A stretch of DNA of 64,000 nt from Candidatus Andersenbacteria bacterium RIFCSPHIGHO2_02_FULL_46_16 (GCA_001817065.1 MHHQ01000025.1:119777-183776); one strand, 5' to 3'; shown: positions 38,936-49,887, counted from the first letter of the stretch. A program made the numbers and translations. The notes: generated by a model from the sequence alone, not told the origin.

Positions 38936-40087
38936 TCATTGCTTTAAGCCCTTGTCATATTTCAAATACAGCTCATTATACTGTCGCATAATCTCTGCCC
39001 AATTGTATTGCTTGGCCATTTCCCTGCTCCTCTGGCCCATCTCGCTGCGCAAATTCTCATCATCGATCAATTGAACTAGGTCATTCGCTAATTTACTGCT
39101 ATCGTCCCCCCTGATTAAATAACCGTTCCAGCCATCACTTACCAACTCATTATTTCCTCCCACATCACTGGCCACTACCGGTAAACCACAACCCATCGCC
39201 TCCAGAATGACTGATGGCATCCCTTCTGACAACGAGGTCAACACAAATATATCTGCTTGCTGATAGGATTTTTCCAGTTCGTCATATGGCACAGTTCCGA
39301 CATACTTTATTTGCTCAGCTACCCCTAATGCCTGAGCGACATCATCCAACTTTTTACGATGCTCACCGCTGCCCACCACCTCAACCTCGAACGCCTCATG
39401 TACTTTCTTTTGCACTTCCGGTAAAGATCGGATCACCCTTTCAAAACCTTTACGCGGGATTAAACGGCCTATGAATAATACTTTTACCTTTTTGTTTCTA
39501 GGCCGCTCTACGGGCTTAAACCGATCCCATTCAACCCCATTTGGGATAACCACGAACTCGCTCGTGGGATCCACTATCTTACCTAGCCTTGCTAACTCTT
39601 CCGAACAAACCGTTCTAAACTTTGCCCTTTGCCAAATTGCTCGGAGCAGCGGCGTTATCAAGGGATAAATCCTTTTATACCGCGACAAATTAGCGCCGGG
39701 TAAATCAGACCCGCCGAAATAGACGGCGTACGGTATGCCTCGCACCATGTTCAGCATCCAGGCCACCCAGCCAGCCGGTACAGCAAAATATGCTTGGACA
39801 AAATCAACCCGGTGACGACCAGTAAAAATTAAACTGTATATCAGTGCAGACAAACCAAACGTCACCAGCTCCCATTGCGCACAAAAATCCTTATAACGCC
39901 TGATGGCCGGTATGCGAATTACGAGCGCCCCTTCCACCTGCTCCCGTTTCGGTAAATCGCGATACTGCGAAGTAATTAATGTCACCTCGTGGCCCGCCTG
40001 CACCAAATATCTTATCGCGTATTTAGTGACTGTAGACCCACCCCCGCCGATCGGCGGAAATTCATTGTTTATCAGCAGCAGTTTCAT
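38936..40087 (-). CDS. Glycosyltransferase family 4
   Basis: E(x7)E region SEGMPSVILEAMGCGLPVVASDVGG. Confidence 0.75.
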   Translation of the reverse strand: MKLLLINNEFPPIGGGGSTVTKYAIRYLVQAGHEVTLITSQYRDLPKREQVEGALVIRIPAIRRYKDFCAQWELVTFGLSALIYSLIFTGRHRVDFVQAYFAVPAGWVAWMLNMVRGIPYAVYFGGSDLPGANLSRYKRIYPLITPLLRAIWQRAKFRTVCSEELARLGKIVDPTSEFVVIPNGVEWDRFKPVERPRNKKVKVLFIGRLIPRKGFERVIRSLPEVQKKVHEAFEVEVVGSGEHRKKLDDVAQALGVAEQIKYVGTVPYDELEKSYQQADIFVLTSLSEGMPSVILEAMGCGLPVVASDVGGNNELVSDGWNGYLIRGDDSSKLANDLVQLIDDENLRSEMGQRSREMAKQYNWAEIMRQYNELYLKYDKGLKQ

Positions 40088-40173
40088 GCCTAGTTGCTAC
40101 AATTATTCTAAAACAAACCATAAATATTTCTGCTATTCAAAACATGTTTGCTTTATAATCACTCCCCAGAATG

Positions 40174-41136
40174 CTATATTTTATCCCACCCTATTGTCTC
40201 CTTTATACTGTAAGCTTTCTTCTGCGCATAATACGTTTTGGCCACCACGTCAGCCAGCACACCAGTCAATAAAAACTGAAAACCTAGTAGCACGAGCAAC
40301 ACCGCTAACAACGGCAAGGAGCTATTTGCAAAACCGGTAATCTTCAGTAACCAGATGATTAATATTGAACTGCCCAATATAAAACCAGCGAAGATAAAGC
40401 CTATCCCGATTGCCCCGAAAAAATGCATCGGCCGCGCTGCGTACTGCACCCAGAATTTAACCACGATTAAATCAAGAAATCCTTTCAACTTCTTCTTCAC
40501 CGAGTAATTTGTTCGACCATGTTCCCTCGGATAATGGTTAACCTCTAATTCTCCAACCCTAAATCCTTTCCAAGACAGTAACGCTGTTATATAACGATGC
40601 ATCTCACCATACAACTCTAGGTCTATCAGCACCTCCCGCCGATATATTTTCAAGCTGCATCCATGATCATGGATTTTTTCGGCCGTCATCCATCGGTGCA
40701 CCACGTTGCCAATTTTGCTCAGCAACACCATACCGCCATTATCCTGACGATGCCGGCGCCAGCCTGATACCACATCTAAATCCTTGCCAAGCAGATGCTT
40801 CATCATCGCTGGGATATCCTTAGGATCATTCTGTAAATCAGCATCCATCACAATGACAAATTCGCCCTGGACACGATCAAATCCAGCCGACCACGCTGCT
40901 GTCTGTCCAAAGTTTCGTCTGAATTCAATCATCTTTACACACTGGTCCTTCTGCACGAGCTCCCTCATTATTTTATTAGTATCGTCATCGCTGCCGTCAT
41001 CAATAAAGATGATCTCCCACCCGCCATCCATCTGATCCATGACTTCTTTAGTCGCTTGATACAACGACCGCAAATTATCCTGTTCGTTATGGGCAGGAAT
41101 CACTAATGAATATTTCATATTATCTGCAGTATACAC
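40174..41136 (-). CDS. GT2 polyprenyl-phosphate glycosyltransferase (DPM1/ArnC/GtrB-like)
   Basis: SLVIPAHNE...IFIDDGSDD...VVMDADLQ DXD motifs and two C-terminal TM helices. Confidence 0.75.
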   Translation of the reverse strand: MYTADNMKYSLVIPAHNEQDNLRSLYQATKEVMDQMDGGWEIIFIDDGSDDDTNKIMRELVQKDQCVKMIEFRRNFGQTAAWSAGFDRVQGEFVIVMDADLQNDPKDIPAMMKHLLGKDLDVVSGWRRHRQDNGGMVLLSKIGNVVHRWMTAEKIHDHGCSLKIYRREVLIDLELYGEMHRYITALLSWKGFRVGELEVNHYPREHGRTNYSVKKKLKGFLDLIVVKFWVQYAARPMHFFGAIGIGFIFAGFILGSSILIIWLLKITGFANSSLPLLAVLLVLLGFQFLLTGVLADVVAKTYYAQKKAYSIKETIGWDKI

Positions 41137-41388
41137 TACTAAAAATAGATTAAGGACACACTGTAAACCTTATTAATAGCCATGTCAAGCCATAGTCTTG
41201 TGCAGGGCAATCGCATTGAATTGAGGGCTCAAATAGGGCTGCGAAAGCAAAGGGGTGATTTTCGTCCTGCTCAGAAAATAAGCAAACTTGCTCCGATTGG
41301 TCCCTAAGCCATTAATTGCAGTGCGATTGCCCTGTAGTCTTGTGAGATCGTACGTTCATACTTATTTACAATTTTACGTAATATAAAA

Positions 41389-41587
41389 ACATCACATCAT
41401 GAAATGTCACTGCAGAATAAGCGGGTGGCGGCGCGGGGGTCCCCCACCGAGCGCCAGCAGCCCTGAGCTTGTCGAAGGGCGATGCCGTCGGGTGGGGGAG
41501 CAGCGCCGACAGGCCTGCCAGCCGCAGCCATAGCGAAGGCTGGACCCGTTTTTTGTCTGGTGACTTTTCATGATGTGACACCTATAG
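41389..41587. repeat. Repeat family A copy 3
   Basis: Its roughly 160-nt core is the exact reverse complement of copy 4. Confidence 0.85.
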
Positions 41588-41686
41588 TAATAGTAATTAT
41601 TGCTTAAAAAAAACTCCTCGTAGAATTAAATCTATTAAGGAGCACAATGCGCCCTGAAAAAAATTCGTGACCAACAACATCTTGTA

Positions 41687-41950
41687 CTATTTGGGTTCCT
41701 TTCCATCCCGGTAAATGGACATTTTCCCTAATGCTGCAAAAAGCTCGCCTTTCATTTCTGGCCCAAATCCCTTTGTCATGGTTATTACGTGTATCTTGGT
41801 ATTCAGTAAATCGCCGATCGTATAAATATGCAGTCGTTCCAATAAACCTAAGATTCTCCCCGCTAGGTATTTACTCTTAAACTGTAAATCAGTCACCGAC
41901 ATTTGCAGTAATTCCGTTAACTCCTCCTTAGTATGTCCGACTATAGCCAT
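41687..41950 (-). CDS. Stand-alone RNA polymerase alpha C-terminal-domain-like (HhH) protein
   Basis: LQMSVTDLQFKSKYLAGRILGLLERLHIYTIGDLL resembles the RpoA alpha-CTD segment LELSVRSANCLK..GI.TIGDLV. Confidence 0.45.
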   Translation of the reverse strand: MAIVGHTKEELTELLQMSVTDLQFKSKYLAGRILGLLERLHIYTIGDLLNTKIHVITMTKGFGPEMKGELFAALGKMSIYRDGKEPK

Positions 41951-42057
41951 GCTGTTTCTCCACTAATTTTGTTCGGCTGATTTAAAAAAGAACGCACTCC
42001 ACCAAACTAATACCTTACCATTAATTACTTAATATTTCTGTCACCAATCGACATCCC

Positions 42058-42930
42058 TTACAGACTAATCTTTCTTAAATAATCGCCATAGCCGCTTTTC
42101 ATTAAGGGCTTGGCCAGTTTTTTTAATTGTCTTTTACCGATAAATCCCATCCGGAAAGCTACTTCTTCAATACAGCCAACCTTCAACCCTTGTCGCTCCT
42201 CTACGGTCTGCACAAACATACCTGCCTGTAACAGGGAATGGTGCGTTCCGGAATCAAGCCAGGCTGTCCCGCGACTCAGCACAGACACTTTCAGCTTCCC
42301 GCGTTTTAAGTATTCCTTATTTACATCAGTAATCTCCAATTCGCCTCGTTGTGAAGGTTTTATCCTGCTGGCAATATTTAACACCTCATTATCGTAAAAA
42401 TATAACCCGGGCACCGCATATGAAGATTTAGGTTTCTTTGGCTTTTCCTCAATTGAGATCACATTACCTTCCTGATCAAATTCTGTAACACCATAGCGTT
42501 CCGGATCGGACACGTGATAGGCAAATACTATCCCTCCGCCGTTATCTTCAACCTGTTGCCGCGCGTTCCGCAAAATAATCGGGATATCATTGCCATAAAA
42601 AATATTATCGCCCAATATTAATGCCGCTGGCCCATCTCCAATAAATCTGCGCCCGATAACAAACGCCTGCGCCAGCCCCTCTGGTTTCGGCTGTTTGGCG
42701 TATTTGATTCTCATGCCTAACTGCGATCCGTCTCCAAATAACTTTTTATAGAACGGTAAATCGTGTGGCGTGGAAATTATTAAAACCTCCCTGATCCCAC
42801 CAAACATCAAGGTCGATAGCGGATAGTAAACCATTGGTTTATCATGCACTGGCAGCAATTGTTTGCTGACACTTATTGTTAATGGGTGCAACCTGGTCCC
42901 CGACCCACCTGCTAATATAATTCCTTTCAT
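42058..42930 (-). CDS. rmlA: Glucose-1-phosphate thymidylyltransferase
   Basis: [18 protein letters not shown]...KQLLPV...GLAQAF over its full length. Confidence 0.85.
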   Translation of the reverse strand: MKGIILAGGSGTRLHPLTISVSKQLLPVHDKPMVYYPLSTLMFGGIREVLIISTPHDLPFYKKLFGDGSQLGMRIKYAKQPKPEGLAQAFVIGRRFIGDGPAALILGDNIFYGNDIPIILRNARQQVEDNGGGIVFAYHVSDPERYGVTEFDQEGNVISIEEKPKKPKSSYAVPGLYFYDNEVLNIASRIKPSQRGELEITDVNKEYLKRGKLKVSVLSRGTAWLDSGTHHSLLQAGMFVQTVEERQGLKVGCIEEVAFRMGFIGKRQLKKLAKPLMKSGYGDYLRKISL

Positions 42931-43253
42931 ACGCTACTAATACACTATAACCATAAACCAGTCAAGCCTAAGACCGGTAACTGCTCACTGGTCGAGAAAG
43001 ACTATTGGCTAAGATAAGACGTTATAATTTTTCACTTTTAAGAAAACCTTCTTTTTCTGGCTCTAAATATGGCTTAACCTAGTAATCCACCCTTAACCTG
43101 TGAACAGTTACTAAGACCGCTTAAGTCAGTATTCTTAAAATATCAACCTAAACAATGCTAGCCCACACAACTGACTAAATAAAACCGTAGTAAACCAGTA
43201 AGTCTGTTAGATTAAGAGCCTTACCTGTCAAAACTCTGCGCCATTGCTCCCTT

Positions 43254-44228
43254 TTAACTATAATGGATATGTTTCATTAAGTAGTTTTTGACGTAATCAC
43301 TGATGGCTTCCTCTATAGTCATAAAGGGCTTTTGGAACCCAACACCTCGCAATTTAGTAATTTCTGCCTGCGTAAAATCCTGGTATTGGTCTTTTAACTC
43401 TTCCGGCAAATCAATGTATTTGATCTCAACCTTTCTCCCGGCAGCTTTAAACATCGCTCTCGCCACATCATTCCATGTCCTTGCCACACCGGTGCCCACA
43501 TTGAACACCCCGCAGGCTTGTTTATTATCCAAAAAATGCACGGTTGCATCCACCGCATCCTTCACATAAATAAAGTCTCTCTTTTGCTCTCCGTCACCAA
43601 ACTTTTCATTATTTGATTTATACAACTCAATCACTCCGTCTTTTTGCATTTGCTCGAACTTCTTGGCAATTACGCTGCGCATAGCACCTTTATGATATTC
43701 ATTGGGACCAAACACATTGAAATACCTGATTCCTACTACTTGGTCTAGATAACCTCCGTCTCGCGCCCAAATATCTACCAGCAACTTTGACCGGCCATAG
43801 TCATTAAGCGGCTTTAACCGATCAAACAAATCGTGATCATCACTATATCCCTCACTTCCATCACCATATGTTGCACCGCTTGATATATAAACACATCGCA
43901 CCGCTCGATCAACACACCACCGGACGACTTCCTGCGTAAAATCAATATTAATGTCCTCAAACAACGCCCAGTCTCGTTCGATTGTTGACGTAATGGCTGC
44001 CAGATGAAAAACCGCTTCAACTTTTTCTTGATCAAACAAGCCTTCCTTAAGACCCTTTCTAAAACCCGCACCGTCTATTAACTGCTCATACTTAAGCGCT
44101 GATAAATTATGTTCCTTTTCGTCATGGTCCAATTTATCGACCACCAGCAAATCTGATCTTCCTCTTTTATTCAAAGTGCCCACTAATGCACTGCCAATAA
44201 AACCTGCTCCACCCGTGATAATAATCAT
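43254..44228 (-). CDS. hldD: ADP-L-glycero-D-manno-heptose 6-epimerase
   Basis: MIIITGGAGFIGSALV...RYFNVFGPNEYHKGAMRSV...YQDFTQAEITKLRGVGFQKPF aligns along the full length with HldD/RfaD. Confidence 0.8.
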   Translation of the reverse strand: MIIITGGAGFIGSALVGTLNKRGRSDLLVVDKLDHDEKEHNLSALKYEQLIDGAGFRKGLKEGLFDQEKVEAVFHLAAITSTIERDWALFEDINIDFTQEVVRWCVDRAVRCVYISSGATYGDGSEGYSDDHDLFDRLKPLNDYGRSKLLVDIWARDGGYLDQVVGIRYFNVFGPNEYHKGAMRSVIAKKFEQMQKDGVIELYKSNNEKFGDGEQKRDFIYVKDAVDATVHFLDNKQACGVFNVGTGVARTWNDVARAMFKAAGRKVEIKYIDLPEELKDQYQDFTQAEITKLRGVGFQKPFMTIEEAISDYVKNYLMKHIHYS

Positions 44229-44350
44229 AAATAAATATTTTGCCAATCAACACCCCAAAGCCATATTAACATATCCCTCCCTCCCGTAAATGGAGCCCCA
44301 TCCCGCCCCCTGGGTGGGCTAGCGAAATCCCGCGTAGCAGCCAACTATAG

Positions 44351-44548
44351 ACATCACATCATGAAAAGTCACCAGACAAAAAACGGGTCCAGCCTTCGCT
44401 ATGGCTGCGGCTGGCAGGCCTGTCGGCGCTGCTCCCCCACCCGACGGCATCGCCCTTCGACAAGCTCAGGGCTGCTGGCGCTCGGTGGGGGACCCCCGCG
44501 CCGCCACCCGCTTATTCTGCAGTGACATTTCATGATGTGACACCTATA
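44351..44548. repeat. Repeat family A copy 4, inverted relative to copy 3
   Basis: 100% identical to the reverse complement of the core of copy 3. Confidence 0.85.
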
Positions 44549-44977
44549 TCTGCCCCACTTGCTCCACAACCCTCCTTACTCACGAAGCTTTGAATGGCAG
44601 CGCGGGGTTATCCCATTCCTTGTCGGCCAAAGCCTTGGCGACGGTTGATTCATCCACCCCCCCGCCACCGGCGGGGTGGTTTTCTGCGCCATGGGATAAA
44701 AAAAGCTGGCTTTCCAGCTTACAGACCAAGCAGTAGTTTTATTAATGAAGACAGTCCTCCAAACACTGCTGCAACTACTGCTACGACAAATATAAATCGC
44801 ACCCCTTGATCACTGACACCATCCGTCATTACTACTTTAGTTTCCTGCTTACTTTTCCTTCTGTTTACACTCCTTCGCGATAATTTTGACCAGTCCGGCT
44901 TCCGCTGTCGTTCCCCATCTTGACGTGACAATTTTCATCTCCTTTCAAAAGAACCAAGCTGTCGCTACTAGTTATTT

Positions 44978-45496
44978 CTACCTGTCCCTGCGAATTTTAT
45001 CAATCAGGCCTGATGTCGAAAATTTATTTCTTTTCTGGATCTCATATCCCACGGTACCAATTTCCTGCATCACCGACCATTCTATCCATTGCTCCGCCTT
45101 ACCATATTCCCCGCCATTAGCATGTACGTGCGGTTGCACTGTTCGCAGCAATAATTTGGGCACCTCAATCTCATCTGCGTCGATTATTATTACATAGTCT
45201 ACACAACTAAGTGCCGCCAGCATTGCCGCCCGCGCCTCCTCAGTAAAGAAAGGGCGCTCCTTTCCCTTATACCCTCGGATCGATCGATCCGAATTAATAC
45301 CCACAAATAACACGTCTCCTTGCTTCTTCGCTGCTTCCAACTGATCCAAATGACCCACGTGCAATATATCAAACGCACCATTTACCGTAACCAGCTTTCT
45401 GCCATCTTTTTTAAATTTAGCCGCGTTTTTCTTAGCTTCCGCTAACGAAATAATTTTGTTCATTCGCCAATTTGTCTGGTCTAATGTTTCATCCAT
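44978..45496 (-). CDS. hldC: D-glycero-beta-D-manno-heptose-1-phosphate adenylyltransferase (HldE domain II type, monofunctional)
   Basis: Cytidylyltransferase fold VTVNGAFDILHVGHLDQLEAAKKQGD...VGINSD. Confidence 0.75.
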   Translation of the reverse strand: MDETLDQTNWRMNKIISLAEAKKNAAKFKKDGRKLVTVNGAFDILHVGHLDQLEAAKKQGDVLFVGINSDRSIRGYKGKERPFFTEEARAAMLAALSCVDYVIIIDADEIEVPKLLLRTVQPHVHANGGEYGKAEQWIEWSVMQEIGTVGYEIQKRNKFSTSGLIDKIRRDR

Positions 45497-45604
45497 AAAT
45501 GTCTATTAATCACATTAGACATGTTGCGAAAGTCTCAAAACACCCTCTGGGGACAGTATATAATGCTCCTAGAGCCCTAAATAAATCATTTCGCAACATG
45601 TCTA

Positions 45605-46186
45605 TTATTGTCTTGCCTTAAGTATCCACTTTGCTGCCTCATATAACGATTCGGCAATCATGTCTGGTTGCTTGGTTCTATTTACAATATCTGTATTAGC
45701 CCAGTATTTACTTTGAAGCAACCCTGTTTTTGTTCCGACGCTTTGTCCCATTTCCATGTCCAACAACTTATCACCGATCGTCCAACTCGTCGTAAAATCA
45801 ATCCCGCCCATTCTACGTTCCGCATCAATCATCATTCCTGTTCTTGGTTTACGGCAAGCGCATCTGCTATCTCGGGCGTGCGGACAATACATAATCAAAT
45901 CTATTATTACCCTTTCCTTCTTCAACTCTTGTTCCATGTGTTGATGCAAAACTTGCATGTCATGCAAAGTATAATAACCCTGTCCGATGCCGGATTGGTT
46001 CGTCACCACAATTAATTTGTACCCTTCCTCCTGAAACATCCGCAAAGCCTGTGGCACTTTCTCGTCAGCCCACTTCCAATCCTCCACACGATAAACATAC
46101 CCTAAATCAAAATTAATCGTTCCATCACGATCTAAAAAAATCGCTTTATTTTTATCTGTCTCCATATTGATTAGGGGTGGACGCAA
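45605..46186 (-). CDS. gmhB: D-glycero-D-manno-heptose-1,7-bisphosphate 7-phosphatase
   Basis: HAD motif FLDRDGTIN and the Zn-binding insert YCPHARDSRCACRKP. Confidence 0.8.
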   Translation of the reverse strand: MRPPLINMETDKNKAIFLDRDGTINFDLGYVYRVEDWKWADEKVPQALRMFQEEGYKLIVVTNQSGIGQGYYTLHDMQVLHQHMEQELKKERVIIDLIMYCPHARDSRCACRKPRTGMMIDAERRMGGIDFTTSWTIGDKLLDMEMGQSVGTKTGLLQSKYWANTDIVNRTKQPDMIAESLYEAAKWILKARQ

Positions 46187-46206
46187 AACAGCTTCAAGCG
46201 TGCTTG

Positions 46207-47259
46207 CTAAATAGCTTCGTCAACCATTTTTATTTCTGTCTGTTCGTCCTTTACGCCATTTTTAGTCAGCATCTCATATATCTCATCTGTGCTAATACCC
46301 ACACTCCCAACTTTGCTGACTACCACCGCACCTCCTGCGTTAGACAATTCGGCCGCTTCATTTTCACACGCGCCAGATAGCATGCTTAATAATAAAACTG
46401 CCGCTGCCGTATCACCCGCCCCCGACTCATCTGCTACCTCAATCACATTGCTTTGCGGAATATAATGACCATGCTCGCCGCCACAATAAACATATATCCC
46501 CTCTTTGCCCAATGTTAGGAACACGTTAGCGCACATTTTCACGTAGACCATTTTTGCTAATTCTGCCGGCGGGACTTGCTGCTCATGATAGTTCAAGCCG
46601 AGAAATTCATGCGCTTCTCTAACGTTGGGTGAAATAAAAGTTGCCCCTGTAAAATAACTCGCTCGTGATGGTTTCACATCAGCACCAACTAAGATGTCTC
46701 TTTGGCCTGCTTCATCTAACACCACTTCTGCAATCTTTTTTGTGACTAATCCTTTCGCATAATCAGACACAATAACTGCATCGACACCTTCCGCCATGAC
46801 TTTCCTGATTTCAGCTATCACTTTTTTCTCAATCTCGCTATTGATATCTTTAACCTCTTCAAAGTCTACTCTGAGCATATGCTGATTACCCACCAGATAT
46901 CTTTCCTTTCTGATCGACGGCCTTTCCTTGTCTCTAATTAGAATTGCCCGATAGCCTTCCTGATTAGCCGTTTCCTCAATCAGGGTGGCTGTTTCATCAT
47001 CTCCCACTACGCTAACTAAAATTGTCTCTGCCCCTAACCTTGCTAAGTTTTTTGCTGTATTGCCAGCTCCGCCTGTCTCTTCCCGCTCCCTTGTTGCTCT
47101 TAAAATTGGCACCGGTGCCTCTGGATTAATTCGTTCTACTACGCCATGGATATAGTGATCCAGCACAATGTCCCCCACCACCAACACCTTATGCTGGTCA
47201 AATTTTTTAATTAATTCTTTAGCCCTAGATAGTTCCATAAATGAATTTGGAAAATGCAT
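46207..47259 (-). CDS. hldA: D-glycero-beta-D-manno-heptose-7-phosphate kinase (HldE domain I type, PfkB family)
   Basis: KVLVVGDIVLDHYIHG..RINPEAPVPIL and a C-terminal GAGD motif. Confidence 0.75.
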   Translation of the reverse strand: MHFPNSFMELSRAKELIKKFDQHKVLVVGDIVLDHYIHGVVERINPEAPVPILRATREREETGGAGNTAKNLARLGAETILVSVVGDDETATLIEETANQEGYRAILIRDKERPSIRKERYLVGNQHMLRVDFEEVKDINSEIEKKVIAEIRKVMAEGVDAVIVSDYAKGLVTKKIAEVVLDEAGQRDILVGADVKPSRASYFTGATFISPNVREAHEFLGLNYHEQQVPPAELAKMVYVKMCANVFLTLGKEGIYVYCGGEHGHYIPQSNVIEVADESGAGDTAAAVLLLSMLSGACENEAAELSNAGGAVVVSKVGSVGISTDEIYEMLTKNGVKDEQTEIKMVDEAI

Positions 47260-47288
47260 ATTAAATCATTTATAAATAAATGTCAATA

Positions 47289-47861
47289 TTACTTACTTTC
47301 TTCTTCAAACTCCTCACATAAGAGGTGGATGGCATGCAAATGCAGCTCTTGTATCCGGGCCCCGATCGCACTCGGTGATATTATCGCTAAATCAGCCATG
47401 TCCTTAAAACTGCCCTGTGTGCCAGTTAACGCTATGATTGTCATCCCTCGCTCTCTAGCTTTTTCTGCCGCTCTCAATATATTCTTCGATGTTCCAGATG
47501 TGGTCAAGCCAATAAAAACATCCCCTTCTTGCCCCAGTGCTTCAATCTGCCGCGAAAAAATCTGATCATAGCCATAGTCGTTGCCGATGCATGTTATAAC
47601 TGCGCTATCCGCCGTCAATGCAATGACAGGGTAAGCCGTTCTATCCTTCTTGTACCGGCCAACCATCTCGTCTGATAAATGCTGAGCCTCTGCGGCTGAC
47701 CCGCCATTCCCAGCCACTAACACCTTACGCCCTTTCGCAAACACTTCCTTTAAGTGCCTAACAACGTTCTCGATCTGCTCGTGATATTCATCTAAGTCAT
47801 TCAAGACTTCTCGCAATTCATCAGAATGCTTAATAAATTTATTATGAGTCTTCTTAGTCAT
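47289..47861 (-). CDS. gmhA: Phosphoheptose isomerase (SIS domain)
   Basis: KVLVAGNGGSAAEAQHLSDEMVGRY...ALTADSAV...GLTTSGTSKNIL. Confidence 0.8.
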   Translation of the reverse strand: MTKKTHNKFIKHSDELREVLNDLDEYHEQIENVVRHLKEVFAKGRKVLVAGNGGSAAEAQHLSDEMVGRYKKDRTAYPVIALTADSAVITCIGNDYGYDQIFSRQIEALGQEGDVFIGLTTSGTSKNILRAAEKARERGMTIIALTGTQGSFKDMADLAIISPSAIGARIQELHLHAIHLLCEEFEEESK

Positions 47862-47901
47862 GTCTTTTTACCTTATCTAATGATAAACATACTTCCGATC
47901 A

Positions 47902-48789
47902 CTACACTATCGAGCCACTATCGGCCTGCCTGTTACCCATCATACCCGCACCTAAATAGTCTGCCAGCGCATTTTGCCATGATCGTAACTGCGGACCTTT
48001 CTCGTTAAGTAACACGCTCCATGTCGGTCGCTTAGCCGGTCGCGAGGATTCTGTTGATGGCACTGGTATTACTGATACACCCCACTTTAAACTATTAAAT
48101 ATTTCTTCTGCCAGCGAAGACCAATTAGTGACTCCCTCATTGACCAAGTGATAAATACCTAAAGCCAACTTGTCCTCCACAATTTTCCTGGTTGCCTCTG
48201 CCAGATCGACCGTATATGTCGGACTCCCCCACTGATCATTGACCACCCGAATTTCTCGCTTGCCTTCTTCCGCCCTTATGATCTTTTCGCCCAGCTTTAT
48301 CATAGTATCCACAAAATTTCTTCCGCCCACCCCATATAACCAGGCTGTCCTGATTAGGTAAAAATTTGGACTAATCTCTTTCAGTAATCGCTCACCAGCC
48401 AACTTTGTCTCGCCATAACAATTAACTGCCGGTCCCGGTAAATCATCTTCCCGATATCCTTTTTGGTTCGTTCCAGCAAATACATAATCAGTACTGTAAT
48501 GGATTAATATAGCTCCCAAGTCTTTTACGGCACGCGCCACGTTTCCAACGCCGTCTGCATTCACTGCCAACGCAACTGCACGATTGTTCTCCGCCCCATC
48601 AACGTTTGTATAAGCCGCCGCATTTATAACCAAGTTAGGCTTCAAGCCAAATATTGTCTTGCGCACCATATCCTCATCGATAATATCAATCTCTTCACTG
48701 TCCAGTGCCGTCACCTCACCCAACCTAATAAATTCTTTTTGTAGCGCACCACCTAGCATCCCTTTTGCTCCCAATATAACTATCCTCAT
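47902..48789 (-). CDS. rmlD: dTDP-4-dehydrorhamnose reductase
   Basis: MRIVILGAKGMLG...NAAAYTNVD...STDYVF...WGSPTY over its full length. Confidence 0.8.
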   Translation of the reverse strand: MRIVILGAKGMLGGALQKEFIRLGEVTALDSEEIDIIDEDMVRKTIFGLKPNLVINAAAYTNVDGAENNRAVALAVNADGVGNVARAVKDLGAILIHYSTDYVFAGTNQKGYREDDLPGPAVNCYGETKLAGERLLKEISPNFYLIRTAWLYGVGGRNFVDTMIKLGEKIIRAEEGKREIRVVNDQWGSPTYTVDLAEATRKIVEDKLALGIYHLVNEGVTNWSSLAEEIFNSLKWGVSVIPVPSTESSRPAKRPTWSVLLNEKGPQLRSWQNALADYLGAGMMGNRQADSGSIV

Positions 48790-49000
48790 AAATTCTTGTT
48801 TCTATTTAATGCCAGCCTCAGCGTCAATTAACCATGAAACAATTTTAGCATACCAAAGCCTGCTCTGCGCAAACCATAACTATTCCCAACCGGCCAACTC
48901 TGCAAAACTCCAGACATTCCAAAATTACGCCTTTCTATCGCGTTTAAACAGCTTTATCTCCAAGCGCTCTTAGCCTTTTACTGCTAGCGAACTTAGAATA

Positions 49001-49870
49001 TTATTTCTCCAGCAACGCGTTCCAATCCTCAACAAACTTCTTCAAGCCGGCCTCCGTTAATTCATGCTGAATGTTATAGTCCTGCCACTCCTTCCCCATC
49101 TCCACCTGCTCATAAGGAATGCTTTGTCCTTTAAATTCATAAACAAATTCCTTTCCTGGCACTTCAAAACCATTTTGTGCCCACAGTTCAAACCGCTCTT
49201 TATTTATCGTGACCACATCAGCGCCCACCCTGATTATCTCGTAAATATTCTCCAAGGTGCGAAAACTCGCCGCCAGCACCTTAACGTGTCCATCAGTATC
49301 TTCCATCATCTTCACAATATTTCCCACCAGCTCAGCTCCATTCTGTCCCCTGTCCTCAAAACGCCCGATAAACGGTGATATATAAACAGGTTCTGTTGCA
49401 CCGAGGGTTGCTTCATAAACCGCTGCTGCTTGCTGCTGTGAAAAACACAGCGTCATATTTAATCGCACTCGATCTTTAAGCTGCTCTGCCGCTTTCAATC
49501 CCTCTGCAATTATCGGTAATTTTATTCTGGCTGTAGGTATCCATTGGCTCATAATTTCCGCCTGCTTGACCATCGCACCAGCGGAGGTGTTTTTATCAGC
49601 AAACACCTCTACTGAAATATCTCCTCCCGGTATTATCTTCTCCAACTCTCGCACTGTTTGCTGATAGACCGCCAATAAATCTTGCTCGAAGTATTTCTCT
49701 CCGGTAGCGATTTTTTTCTTCACTGCCGGATTCATTGCAAAATACGAGGGGTTGGTGGTAGCCCCATCCAATCCCGCATAATCCTCCTTCTGCAATAAAT
49801 CCTGGATTGCTTGCGCCTCGTTGGGATCACCCGTATCAACTAATAATTTTGCTTTGATTAATCTTTTCAT
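49001..49870 (-). CDS. Transaldolase-family protein (Tal/FSA-like)
   Basis: LLVDTGDP...GATTNPSY and a Schiff-base lysine region IKLP. The gene is adjacent to the transketolase genes. Confidence 0.7.
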   Translation of the reverse strand: MKRLIKAKLLVDTGDPNEAQAIQDLLQKEDYAGLDGATTNPSYFAMNPAVKKKIATGEKYFEQDLLAVYQQTVRELEKIIPGGDISVEVFADKNTSAGAMVKQAEIMSQWIPTARIKLPIIAEGLKAAEQLKDRVRLNMTLCFSQQQAAAVYEATLGATEPVYISPFIGRFEDRGQNGAELVGNIVKMMEDTDGHVKVLAASFRTLENIYEIIRVGADVVTINKERFELWAQNGFEVPGKEFVYEFKGQSIPYEQVEMGKEWQDYNIQHELTEAGLKKFVEDWNALLEK

Positions 49871-49887
49871 AATAACTAATACAAGTA

